Shown: in pieces, positions 48,813-58,489 of the stretch
Numbering within the stretch: position 1 is the stretch's first letter
Layout: each line of letters begins with the position of its first letter
From: Candidatus Thorarchaeota archaeon
Lineage (GTDB): Archaea; Asgardarchaeota; Thorarchaeia; Thorarchaeales; Thorarchaeaceae
Assembly: GCA_020348985.1 (NCBI GenBank)
Contig: CP070761.1
Coordinates: 663,123 to 727,122, forward strand
DNA length: 64,000 nucleotides
Direction: 5' to 3'
The notes under the pieces: model-generated
Seen by the model: the letters and a program-made list of their open reading frames with translations, nothing else
The model's database searches: none
Told to the model about the DNA's origin: nothing
Program-made: the position numbers and the translations under genes

Positions 48813-50444
48813 TCAGGAGAAGGAGCTTCTGGTCCAATTCACAAAGAAAACAGACATGGTATCACGTCCGCTGATTACGTTGTCAGGAAGGGTGACCGTG
48901 TAAATCCTTTCAATTGCTCCCGAGAGATATCCGGACCAACCAACCATCAACTCATCGAAGAACACGAAGTATTCACAGCCTTGGTCCTTCAAGTACTGGA
49001 GAGTTTCTATCGACGACATGTTGCCGTGGATAATATCAGGACTCACTAGTCCAGCCAAGTCGATGACAACACGGTTGGAGAAAAACCTCAATGCTCCTGC
49101 ATCATGAATCGCCAAGACTGCATCCTCCGGCGTGTTATCTCTTAACCAGAGTCCGATGTGTACTTGCTGTTCGTTGATGTTCTTGACAGCATTGCCATAG
49201 AAGGGTGCTTGCACAAAGTACGAGCCAATTGGAGGGATCACGATGATTGCGATGATGAACCAGCCTACGAACATGTTCAAAGTCATGTCGTGTTCATCTG
49301 CCAGGACCCATTCGTGAATCCTGGTGAGCAGGATTGAAAGACCTGCTATAGCCACAACCGTGAATAGGTTGAAAATGGGGACCAAGTATCGCGCGTTGTT
49401 TATCAAAGCCGCATAGGGTGTTGTCAATCTATAGAGCACCGCCAGAGAAATGCACAGTAGCCATGGAAATGGACGCCCTTTGAGGAGTAGGATTGACCCG
49501 AGAGCTCCTCCTATTGCTATTGATGGCATCTCTATCAGGAAGATTCCCCACCAAGTGTTCCACGCCTGGATTTCGAACTCCGTTGGCACATGCACCTTGG
49601 CATAGAAAGTGTCTGGCAATGGATAGCCTGTTGTTGAAAGGCAGTACAGAATCCAGGGTGCAACGACTGCAAGTGCAAGCAGGGCCAGACCGCCAAAGGA
49701 GGCAAGCCGCCTCCAAGTCAGCTCTCTTCTCTTGGCGACAAAAAGAAATCTAACGGGAACACACAGAACAAAGATGAGGATCGCCTCGGGTCTTGAAAGA
49801 AAAGCCAGACCTGAAACGATTCCGAGCAGAAGATCAAATCGAGCGCCTGGTTTGTCTAGAAGGTAGATGGCCAGCAATAGCATGAACATGAATAGAGGAG
49901 TTTCCATCCCAGATAGCATCAGCCAAGTGTTTCTGGGCACTAGGACGAATGCAACGCTTCCGAGAAAGCCCCACAAGAGCCTGTCTGTGTAAGCATTCAC
50001 AATCTTGCCAACGAGGAAAGTGGAGCTGATATAGAACACAGTTGAGATGGCATATGTTCCGATTACGAGTCCTGACGGATCTGTGGTGAAAAAGAAGAGA
50101 ACCGAAAGAATGAGCGACCATAATGGGCTTGTAGATCCTGTAGCCGGATAGCCTGGTGAGTATTCCCAAGGAGTGCCCTCAAATATCGTCCTAGCGAATT
50201 GAAGATGAATCCATGAGTCATCAAGCGTAAACCCGGGCGTAGTCCAGAGGAGCATAGAAAGGAGGTAGTGTGAGACTGAAAGAAGCGTGGCAATTGAGGC
50301 AACAATCAGCAGGCTTATTGATGCTCTGTCGAAGAATCGCCATTCGGGGATTCGATGGAGCAGCCGAACGAATGAATCGAATCTGCCACCCAGCTCAGTA
50401 GCATCCGACTCAGAACCATTACTAGTGTCCGCGGCTCCGCCCAT
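48813..50444 (-). CDS. GT-C fold integral membrane glycosyltransferase (ArnT/AftB-like)
   Basis: DDSWIHLQFART...GSTSPLW, SGMETPL, RPE, DAGALRFFS..VIDLAGL; multiple TMs. Confidence 0.78.
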   Translation of the reverse strand: MGGAADTSNGSESDATELGGRFDSFVRLLHRIPEWRFFDRASISLLIVASIATLLSVSHYLLSMLLWTTPGFTLDDSWIHLQFARTIFEGTPWEYSPGYPATGSTSPLWSLILSVLFFFTTDPSGLVIGTYAISTVFYISSTFLVGKIVNAYTDRLLWGFLGSVAFVLVPRNTWLMLSGMETPLFMFMLLLAIYLLDKPGARFDLLLGIVSGLAFLSRPEAILIFVLCVPVRFLFVAKRRELTWRRLASFGGLALLALAVVAPWILYCLSTTGYPLPDTFYAKVHVPTEFEIQAWNTWWGIFLIEMPSIAIGGALGSILLLKGRPFPWLLCISLAVLYRLTTPYAALINNARYLVPIFNLFTVVAIAGLSILLTRIHEWVLADEHDMTLNMFVGWFIIAIIVIPPIGSYFVQAPFYGNAVKNINEQQVHIGLWLRDNTPEDAVLAIHDAGALRFFSNRVVIDLAGLVSPDIIHGNMSSIETLQYLKDQGCEYFVFFDELMVGWSGYLSGAIERIYTVTLPDNVISGRDTMSVFFVNWTRSSFS

Positions 50445-50663
50445 TCAGGTTCTCCTCACTCGCTTCCCGGTCGGTCTTTGCAGTATTCGTATATTGGCCG
50501 AAAGAAGAAGCTGTGATAACTTCTTCTAACGTTGTAGAAAGTTACTTTCGGGGTACCCTCTCACAGGTCCAGTAGTTCGTATCTTCAGACAAAGATCACC
50601 GGCAATCTCCATAGCACTTCATGAAACTCAAACAACAGCCACTTTGTACTCGGGGGCAGGACG

Positions 50664-51821
50664 TTGTCGACCGGTCAAACGATAACAGCACAGCTTCGAC
50701 TCGATGAATTCGAGTCTACCACAGGCCTCACTGTATTCACGCCCCCAGGGATTTTCGTGGAAACTTCAAAGTATCCCATACTTTGGGCGGGAGTCTTAGC
50801 ATCTCCTGAACCTTCAGAGTGGCTTTCTATCTATGATCACCCCGAGTCATGGGGAGGACTAGACCGAGAAGCAGTCCTTTCCATGAGGCGTCATCTCTAT
50901 CGCATTGTGGTACCCATCGATGCCCGCGAGATGACACCGCCGGCAATCATCAAAAGTCTACAGTCACTCTCTCTCTCTGTAGCTCCTGTTGCTTTGGGCG
51001 TGGAGGTTGCCGATCTGCCTCCACGCCATCTCTATCCATTGGGCAGCCAGCTCCCGAGTGGGCCAATTGTAGAAGCAGACAGACTTGAATTGCTCACAGA
51101 ACCGGATGTCAGCAGGGTGGCCAGACGAATCACCGAAAGAGACGAGCCTGCCGCTGATACGGTCTGGGATCTTCTTGAATACGACTATTCACTTGACCAA
51201 GTTGCCCGGATGATGGCACTGGGGATGCTTGGCAGAAGAGGGAACAGGCGCATAATTCCGACACGAAGTGCCTACAAGGCTGTTATCGATTCTTTCGTGG
51301 ATAGAGCAATAGGTGTTCTAGCAGAAAAACCGGTGGCTCATGATTTTGAGCTATACATCGGCAGAACCTGTGGAGATTCGTTCGTGGTGCTGACAGCACC
51401 TGGCGAAACTCGTGTTGACTATGTCAGAATAGAATCTAGAGGTGAAGAAACCAAGAGAGGCACAAGTATTGACGGGCTTCCACAGTTCACAACGGATTCT
51501 AAGACCTCGGTTCATGCGGACTATGCGAGATTCTCGGCTTTGAAGCATCAACTCGCTTCGGACGTGCAAAGGCACACAACGATATTCCATCACACCACCG
51601 ATGAGAGGAATTCCATTCTTGGACCGTGGCTGGCACGCACAGGAGTCAGAGACGCGATGGGCACTGCTCCAGTGGTGTTTGACAGTGTCTCCAATGTAGT
51701 CCCCGTTTTGGAGTCAATATTGACTCCTGATTTGGACTCTTGGAGAGCAGATATTCCTCTTCTTTCTTGTTTGGGACTAGAGAACGATGCGGCAAGTCCA
51801 CTAGTCGCCTTCACAAGATAA
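50664..51821 (+). CDS. Nre-family archaeal DNA repair protein (divergent)
   Basis: TPPGIFV...YP...D.PESW, LGMLG...RRIIPTRSA.KAVID match the Nre core; the N-terminal Cys cluster is absent. Confidence 0.7.
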   Translation: MSTGQTITAQLRLDEFESTTGLTVFTPPGIFVETSKYPILWAGVLASPEPSEWLSIYDHPESWGGLDREAVLSMRRHLYRIVVPIDAREMTPPAIIKSLQSLSLSVAPVALGVEVADLPPRHLYPLGSQLPSGPIVEADRLELLTEPDVSRVARRITERDEPAADTVWDLLEYDYSLDQVARMMALGMLGRRGNRRIIPTRSAYKAVIDSFVDRAIGVLAEKPVAHDFELYIGRTCGDSFVVLTAPGETRVDYVRIESRGEETKRGTSIDGLPQFTTDSKTSVHADYARFSALKHQLASDVQRHTTIFHHTTDERNSILGPWLARTGVRDAMGTAPVVFDSVSNVVPVLESILTPDLDSWRADIPLLSCLGLENDAASPLVAFTR

Positions 51822-51850
51822 AGAAAGAATGGAAGATGCAGGGACAAACC

Positions 51851-52819
51851 CTACATCTGTTCCTTTGCCTCTTTTCGAGAGACTCCCTTGTAGAATAGCA
51901 CCAGACCAAGTACTACCAAAATTCCGCCTGAGACTGTCCCAAATCCTGTATACATCGCAGCGCCAATCAAACCCTGCGCGAGGGCAATCAGGACGCCACC
52001 AATAATCAGCATTAGAATTCCAAAGCCAACACCCATTGCTCTGAATGCGAGAGTCCGTGGATACTTGCTCTCAATGACATATCCAGTTGACGCGGCCACC
52101 GAGGCCTTGTATTTGGAATTCCCGTAACGATACTCAAGCTCCCAAACAGGAACGTGGATCAAGTATGTGTCTCCAACGTCGATGTTATCGCTCCTCGATT
52201 CGATCTTCTCGACCTCATCCATGATGAGAGCAGTCTGCTTGTCAAAAGCAATCTTCTCTGCACCGTCTTTTGCCTGTTCTTTGGTCAGCTGACTGTGCAG
52301 GACTTTCCCATCGAATTCTTCGGCGTGAGCATGACTGAAGAACTCTTTCGCTCTCGTTGGTATCGGATGTTGTCTGATGTCCTCATCAATACCAATTGTT
52401 CCTGCTATCTTGATTTCATGTCGACGTGTGAACTGACCGGATTCAGGCTTCCAAAAGAAGTCAATTCGTTTGTAGGCTCCACGATATTGAGGCCATTCAT
52501 CATAGAAGTTGGCATCACGGCCCAGGCCATGATACTCCGAATGTGCGTCTACTCTACTTACCCAAAAGGGGTACCAGATCTGCAGGTATTGAAGGAACCT
52601 CGCCTTCGCGGAAAGATCCTCAGGAGCCCCAAGCTGCTTTGACACCCAATCGAGAAGAGTAGTCTGCGCCTCCGATTGGTCGAAGTGCACACGAATCATG
52701 TAGTGATCCGTGAACTTGGCACCTTCAGTGGTCTGAGCAGTTCCGCAATAAGGACAGACCAACAAGACATCTCCAGGTCCTGCTTCGAAGTCTGCATCAC
52801 AAAAAGCACATCTAGCCAT
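51851..52819 (-). CDS. Double zinc-ribbon protein with two C-terminal TMs (YdjG-like)
   Basis: CAFC...CPYC, WYPFW, HVPVWELEYRY...ASTGYV, 2 TM. Confidence 0.7.
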   Translation of the reverse strand: MARCAFCDADFEAGPGDVLLVCPYCGTAQTTEGAKFTDHYMIRVHFDQSEAQTTLLDWVSKQLGAPEDLSAKARFLQYLQIWYPFWVSRVDAHSEYHGLGRDANFYDEWPQYRGAYKRIDFFWKPESGQFTRRHEIKIAGTIGIDEDIRQHPIPTRAKEFFSHAHAEEFDGKVLHSQLTKEQAKDGAEKIAFDKQTALIMDEVEKIESRSDNIDVGDTYLIHVPVWELEYRYGNSKYKASVAASTGYVIESKYPRTLAFRAMGVGFGILMLIIGGVLIALAQGLIGAAMYTGFGTVSGGILVVLGLVLFYKGVSRKEAKEQM

Positions 52820-52824
52820 TCTCT

Positions 52825-53856
52825 TCAGCCCTCCTTTTCCCGTTGAGTCATGAGCAAAGTCCTGAACCCAAATACTGCCATTATAATTCCAATGATCGCG
52901 GCCCCGATACCTCCACCGAGGTAGAGCATATCGGTCTCAGCCATTTGCATGGCTATGTAGACGAGTTCAGCTCCTGCTCCAGCCAGGAATATTCCTATGA
53001 ATCCAACTATGGTCCACATCACCCTCTGTCCGGTTGTGATGGGTATCTCTCCCAACACTGCCTTTCCAGAGTGTCCATCAATTGCGCACTTGTAGAGATC
53101 TCCTTGGAACTTGTACCGAATCAGTGAGAATGGGGCTTGGAGGTATGTCGTTCCCCTAACGCTAGTATTCGTGCGACAATCGAAGAGCTCCGTCAGTCCG
53201 CTCTTGGCTTGAGATCGATGTCTGTCAGCAACTCGTCCATGAATAGCCTTCTCGAATTCCTCAGAACCAATTTCTGCGTTCAGGACGGCAGGCTCTAAGT
53301 CCTTTATCTTCTCCCAATTCCAAGTTTCAGTATCGGCGAGATCGATCTCTTCCATGTAATCCTCCAGACCGTAAAAGCGTGCTCCTTTCCTCGCAAGAAG
53401 CCGCTCATCAGTATCGGTGTGAATCTCGTCTTGAACAGGCACGTAGCCGGGCTCATAGTCTGTATAGGTCTCCGTCCGATAGTTGCCCTCCGAGTCTCTA
53501 ACTTGGCGGGTCTTCTGAACCGGAACCTGAACTGTCTTGTAGCCCTTGTACCATGAATCCGCTTTCACCTTCGCGGTCCAGACTGGAACATAGATCAGTC
53601 TGTTCTCAACAACCTGAGCCTTTACTGGGAGAGATTTGTTGAAACCCTTGTTTTCATCAAGAAACTTTCTGAATCCCTTCTCCCGTTCGTCAGAGTCCAC
53701 TGCCCCTTCCATAAGGTGGTCCCTGATCTCGACACCCTCGATTGTTGAAATGCTCCCGCAGTAGGTGCAAGTAATAACCACGTCATCGGGTCCTACAGTA
53801 ATGTTTCCATTACAGACCGGACACTTGAAGACGTCTGCTGCCTCTGCATCTGACAT
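52825..53856 (-). CDS. Double zinc-ribbon protein with two C-terminal TMs (YdjG-like paralog)
   Basis: CPVC...CTYC, IYVPVW, APFSLIRYKF...IDGHSGK, 2 TM; start at ATG 53856. Confidence 0.7.
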   Translation of the reverse strand: MSDAEAADVFKCPVCNGNITVGPDDVVITCTYCGSISTIEGVEIRDHLMEGAVDSDEREKGFRKFLDENKGFNKSLPVKAQVVENRLIYVPVWTAKVKADSWYKGYKTVQVPVQKTRQVRDSEGNYRTETYTDYEPGYVPVQDEIHTDTDERLLARKGARFYGLEDYMEEIDLADTETWNWEKIKDLEPAVLNAEIGSEEFEKAIHGRVADRHRSQAKSGLTELFDCRTNTSVRGTTYLQAPFSLIRYKFQGDLYKCAIDGHSGKAVLGEIPITTGQRVMWTIVGFIGIFLAGAGAELVYIAMQMAETDMLYLGGGIGAAIIGIIMAVFGFRTLLMTQREKEG

Positions 53857-53945
53857 TATCAAATTCTCCAGAGTCTGTATCTGAAGGCTAATGGTCAGGC
53901 CGATTCTATTTAGGATTGTGGTGATGTTTACATTACGCATGAAGA

Positions 53946-55094
53946 CTACCGTTTGAGGTCCTCTCTGAGCCTCCCAGCAGAGAACTCATGAATCCTATCC
54001 TTGACGTCTTCTCGAGCGGCTTGATGTTTGTCTAGAAATTCGATCATCATTGGAGCCAGAATCTGCTTGCACTCTCCGCAGAGTATCTCTCCGCCGCGAC
54101 ACTTCTTCTCAATATCGGCCAGATCTTTGTCATCAGGCATGAAGAGAAACTCGTAGTACTTGAAGACCGAGCAAACATCCGGATTTGCCCCCAATCTCTT
54201 TTGTTCGTCTGCGGAATCGCGGCCACCAGTGAATGCATTCATGACCTTCTTCTTCGCCATCTTGGGAGTGTCGGTAGTAAGAACCGCTGACATCGGTTCT
54301 GAAGACGACATCTTACTTCCCCCTGTCAGTGGTGGCAGGAACCTGTTCTGGATACTGGCCGGCTTGAGGAATCCAAGGCGCTCAGCAACGTCTCTGGTTA
54401 CTCGCCAATGTGGATCTTGGTCAATCGCACAAGGAATGATACAGGGTGTGTTGGTACCGTAGACCCAGGAATGTATGAAGGCCGGAACGGCTTGCATAGC
54501 TGGAAACCAGATACCTCCAATGTTCATGCTATTCTCGAAACCGAAGACTGCACGTGCAGTTGAGAAAGTCACTCTCTTAGCAACGCGAACTGCAATCTCA
54601 TACATCAAATCGATATGCTCAATGTCTTGCAATACGTAAGTATCCTCGGGCTCAAAACCAACAGCCAGAATATCGAGGATATTGTCATAGGCCAGTTTCC
54701 TGACTTGATCAAGACTCAGGTCTTGCTCAAAGAAATACTTCTCATCATTTGTTATCTGGAAGTATAGTCTTGCTTTGAACTTCTCTTGCATCCATTTTGT
54801 GAAAATCCAAGGAACTAGATGACCAATGTGGACTTGGCCACTCGGGCCTCTACCTGTGTAGAGCGTGAACTTATTCCCCTTGTCGTATTCATCAAGAATC
54901 CAACCAAGGTCCCTATGTGAAAAGAACAAGTCACGGTCAAGCATGAAGTGCTTTTCACCGGCCACCTCGTACATGCGCTCCTTCAGCTCGGGAGTGATTC
55001 GTTCAGTGCCGAAGAGCTCAATCAAACGATCGTAGTCTACTTTTCCCTTAACTGTCCAGGGTGTGACTACCATTTCTTCATCATCGTTGCTCAT
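53946..55094 (-). CDS. trpS: Tryptophan--tRNA ligase (archaeal/eukaryotic type)
   Basis: VVTPW, YTGRGPS, HIGH, AIDQDP, KMSSS, CGECK. Confidence 0.97.
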   Translation of the reverse strand: MSNDDEEMVVTPWTVKGKVDYDRLIELFGTERITPELKERMYEVAGEKHFMLDRDLFFSHRDLGWILDEYDKGNKFTLYTGRGPSGQVHIGHLVPWIFTKWMQEKFKARLYFQITNDEKYFFEQDLSLDQVRKLAYDNILDILAVGFEPEDTYVLQDIEHIDLMYEIAVRVAKRVTFSTARAVFGFENSMNIGGIWFPAMQAVPAFIHSWVYGTNTPCIIPCAIDQDPHWRVTRDVAERLGFLKPASIQNRFLPPLTGGSKMSSSEPMSAVLTTDTPKMAKKKVMNAFTGGRDSADEQKRLGANPDVCSVFKYYEFLFMPDDKDLADIEKKCRGGEILCGECKQILAPMMIEFLDKHQAAREDVKDRIHEFSAGRLREDLKR

Positions 55095-55256
55095 CGACGT
55101 AGCCTCGGATTTTTCGAGTTCGAGTGTAATGTCACCTCGATTTGGAAATGCAATTAAGGATGATGGTCATTATGCGATTCTAGCTTTAGAGCAATGCCAC
55201 AATGCTGAATCGTATATGAAGACACGTGGCAGAGACAAGACATCGAGGTAAATGAC

Positions 55257-55508
55257 TTGCGTATTGAAGACTACGAATTCGAGGAGCTGAAGACACGGGC
55301 TGCCTTGGCGGATCTACTTTCCAGTATGGCGGATCAAATCAGAGATGGAAAGAGTCTCGAGCTGCCTATGCCCACCTTGAAAGAGGGTCAAATTGTCGTG
55401 GCTTTGGGTGAGCCGATTGAGACGGAGATTGAGATCAGTCTGAGGAAACATTTCACTCATGTTAAGATAGGCCTGGAATGGGAAAAACCGGAATCAAAGG
55501 AGGAATGA
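55257..55508 (+). CDS. Amphi-Trp domain protein
   Basis: 83 aa; RAALADLLSSMADQI...amphipathic strand VKIGLEW ending in Trp. Confidence 0.72.
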   Translation: MRIEDYEFEELKTRAALADLLSSMADQIRDGKSLELPMPTLKEGQIVVALGEPIETEIEISLRKHFTHVKIGLEWEKPESKEE

Positions 55509-55511
55509 ATC

Positions 55512-56132
55512 TTGACAAGCAACTATCTTGAAAGGTCAGAGATTCTCAAGGGAATCTTGGAGATAGTCGAGCCCTTCGAGACCATTAGCGAGCTGGTGAG
55601 CAAGGAGATTGCCCGCCCTTCGGGCTCGCATAGTGAGCAGTGGCACGAATTCAGAAAGGTCATCGGGGACCGAGTCAAGAGCCTTCATTCCAGATACAGG
55701 TTTGCGATGAAGCTTCCTCCAGATGAACTAGGGCTGTCAGCCTTGGCTGCGATTTCCAATCTTATCGGAGTCCAGCATTCTTTCGCTCATATCTTCGTGA
55801 TGATTGACATGCTACATGGACAGACATTCGATGAGGTATTCATGGATTCGATGGTGAGCATCTCTGAGAAAGTGACTCAAGAGATATCCTCGCTCAAGAA
55901 CATGATCGAAACATGCACCGAGTCCCCCGAGGATACGAGTGACTGTCTGAAGGATATTATGCGGCTCGAACGCGAAATCGACGAGGACAACATTATTGTC
56001 TGCAGACAGATTTCAGTCGCCACTGGCGGGGACTCGGACATAATCTGCTACTTGATGCGAAAGATTGTGAAGGAACTTGAGCACATTTCAGATTACGTCA
56101 AAGAGTGTGCTGAGATACTGGCAGACTTCTAA
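55512..56132 (+). CDS. PhoU/DUF47-like helical bundle protein
   Basis: RLEREID and ELEHISDYVKE motifs. Confidence 0.65.
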   Translation: MTSNYLERSEILKGILEIVEPFETISELVSKEIARPSGSHSEQWHEFRKVIGDRVKSLHSRYRFAMKLPPDELGLSALAAISNLIGVQHSFAHIFVMIDMLHGQTFDEVFMDSMVSISEKVTQEISSLKNMIETCTESPEDTSDCLKDIMRLEREIDEDNIIVCRQISVATGGDSDIICYLMRKIVKELEHISDYVKECAEILADF

Positions 56133-56133
56133 G

Positions 56134-57765
56134 GTGTTGGAGTTGGCTGCAGAACAGTACCTTCTTGTCGGGATTCTGATAATAGGTGCAGGGCTAGCCA
56201 AGTTCGCAGAAGAGTATCGTTTCCCGTATCCACTGATTCTGATTATTTCTGGAATAGTGCTGGGACAGCTGTTTCCACAACAGCAGATCATCGAATCCAT
56301 CCCTCTAGAGTTCATCGCTCAACTTACTCTTGCAGCCGTGCTCTTCTACGCCGGATTGACATTGAACATCAAGGAATTGCGGCTCTCACTCAGGTCGGTC
56401 CTAGCTCTGGCAACGTTGGGTGTCTTCTTGACCTCAATAATCGCTGGTTTCACAATCCAGTTCTTCGTTGCGGAGATTGGCCTCGCTGCATTCCTGATCG
56501 GAGCCATACTCTCTCCCACGGATCCCGCGGCTCTTTTCTCAGTTCTTGAAACAGGAGATATAAGGGTTAAACGAAAGCTATTCTCCATTCTTGAAGGGGA
56601 AGCCGTGTTCAACGATGCCACAAGTGTCGTTCTAGTGCTCACCGTCTTCGAACCACTTGTTGTGACTGTCCTACAGCAGGAACCGGCATTCATCTTGCTG
56701 GAGTTCGTGCTAAGCCTAGGGTTAGGTGTACTTGTTGGCTTTGGAGTTGCCTACGGAGTAGGATGGCTCCTACACTTTACAGGGGAGGACACAAACATAG
56801 CAATCCTTACAGCGGCCACTCCTATTGTAGCCTATGGAATTGGTGAGCTTGTCTCTTTGATTCTTGAGGGTGTCAATCTACCAGGTGTGCATCCCGGGGC
56901 TATGGTATGCGTCTTCACAGGAATCTTCATGGCCAATGCTAAGAAAATAGGCTTGGAGATTCTCCCTCAGAAGTCTATGAGGGGAGTCATGAAGAATGTC
57001 TCTTTCGCATTTGAGATTGTGGTCTTCATCCTTCTCGGATTCACCCTGAATGTCGGGTTTATTGCTACAAGTCCGGGGACTGTGATCTCCGGTATAATTG
57101 TCGCCCTTCTCGTAATCTTTGTGGCGAGGCCGGTTTCCGTGTTCCTCGTTACTTCTCCTGATCGAAACATGGGCGTAAGGGATCGATTCTTCCTCAGCTG
57201 GGCTGGCGTCAAAGGTGTCGCAAGTGCCGCATTGGCTGCAATAGCTGTTTCTATAATCACTGAACATCAAGTGGTCGGCTTTGAGGGATTGACCAACAAT
57301 ATAAGCTCCATTGTGTTCATCGTCCTGATGATCAGTCTCGCTTTGCAGGGACTGACCACCCCGATTCTTGCCCAGAGATTGGGTTTGACTGAAGAGGTGG
57401 ATCTAGCGGAAGAAATCGCAGCCCACAGGAACGCTACGCGACACGCCTTGCTTCAGCTTGTTGACATGTTCACTGAGGGGAAGATCCCGCATGACCTTTA
57501 CAGGTTGATGAAGTCAGAGCTCGAAGAAGAAATCTATAGCCTCGAGGATGAGCTTAGAAGGCTGGTTGCTGACAAGAGGGCAAGGGAGCAGGAGCTGGAG
57601 ATCCGGGAGACCGTTCTGACTCACAAGCTGACTTTTCTGCAGACTGAGTATGAAGCCGGCAGACTCTCGGAGCCGGCCTTCGAGGATGAAAGAAGAGAAC
57701 TAGAGGCGGAGATCGAAGATGTAATGATGAGGCTGAAGCTTGTTCGGGAAGGTAAGAACGTGTAA
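56134..57765 (+). CDS. NhaP-type (CPA1) Na+(K+)/H+ antiporter with a coiled-coil C-terminus
   Basis: LSPTDPAA, LEGEAVFNDA, FILLG, ARP, LQGLT; acidic helical tail. Confidence 0.9.
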   Translation: MLELAAEQYLLVGILIIGAGLAKFAEEYRFPYPLILIISGIVLGQLFPQQQIIESIPLEFIAQLTLAAVLFYAGLTLNIKELRLSLRSVLALATLGVFLTSIIAGFTIQFFVAEIGLAAFLIGAILSPTDPAALFSVLETGDIRVKRKLFSILEGEAVFNDATSVVLVLTVFEPLVVTVLQQEPAFILLEFVLSLGLGVLVGFGVAYGVGWLLHFTGEDTNIAILTAATPIVAYGIGELVSLILEGVNLPGVHPGAMVCVFTGIFMANAKKIGLEILPQKSMRGVMKNVSFAFEIVVFILLGFTLNVGFIATSPGTVISGIIVALLVIFVARPVSVFLVTSPDRNMGVRDRFFLSWAGVKGVASAALAAIAVSIITEHQVVGFEGLTNNISSIVFIVLMISLALQGLTTPILAQRLGLTEEVDLAEEIAAHRNATRHALLQLVDMFTEGKIPHDLYRLMKSELEEEIYSLEDELRRLVADKRAREQELEIRETVLTHKLTFLQTEYEAGRLSEPAFEDERRELEAEIEDVMMRLKLVREGKNV

Positions 57766-57779
57766 ACTGCGCGAGGACC

Positions 57780-58439
57780 CTAGTATGAAGCCTTCCTCAA
57801 GTGCTCAGGAAGCCGAATGCCCGTTTTGCCTGCGAATACGTCCCTGAGCAGTTCAAAGTGCTCATCGAGGTCCTTCAGAAGCTTGTCAAGAACTCCGGGT
57901 TCAATGTTTGGCTCAGCAGTCCAAACTGTAAGGTAGTTGCTGATTACCCCAAGCTCTACAGACCCTTCCTCTAGGTCTCTGTAGATTGTTATCTTGACAA
58001 GGAACTCGTGCTCGAACATGCTCAGAATGTCCTGTACCGAAATAACGATGAGATCGAGAAAGCCAACGAGATCGTCTATCTGTGGAATCTCACTTTCACT
58101 ACCACGCAGCGACTCCGTGAAAGTTTGAATCGTCTGAGCTTTCTGACCGAGCGTTTCGAACATCTTCATCAGCTTGGTGAATTCTTTGATTGATGCTTCA
58201 AGAGCCGGAACAAGTTTGTCAAAAAGATCCACTAGGAGCTTTCCACGCGTCTTTTCTCTAATATCTTGAAACTCATCAAGCTCTCCAAGTGAGCCTTCAA
58301 GGTGCTCAATCTGGACAATCCTGTTGGCAACGGCTTGGACTGATTTCACAGAATTGCGTTGAATCTTAGTCCAGCGCTCGACAAATGTGTCGATGCCGTC
58401 CCTGAGGTCCTCAAGGAGTTCCAGTTCGCGTGTCATCAA
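57780..58439 (-). CDS. CINP/C1orf109(AIRIM)-like helical protein
   Basis: W...AVAN...LGELDEFQDIREK.RGK and DILSMFEHEFLVKITI...YLTVWTAEPNIE resemble eukaryotic C1orf109/CINP motifs recalled from memory. Confidence 0.6.
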   Translation of the reverse strand: MMTRELELLEDLRDGIDTFVERWTKIQRNSVKSVQAVANRIVQIEHLEGSLGELDEFQDIREKTRGKLLVDLFDKLVPALEASIKEFTKLMKMFETLGQKAQTIQTFTESLRGSESEIPQIDDLVGFLDLIVISVQDILSMFEHEFLVKITIYRDLEEGSVELGVISNYLTVWTAEPNIEPGVLDKLLKDLDEHFELLRDVFAGKTGIRLPEHLRKASY

Positions 58440-58489
58440 TAAAGACCTCCAGTTTCAGGTTTATAACTGATTCTGCGAGGGCACAAAAT

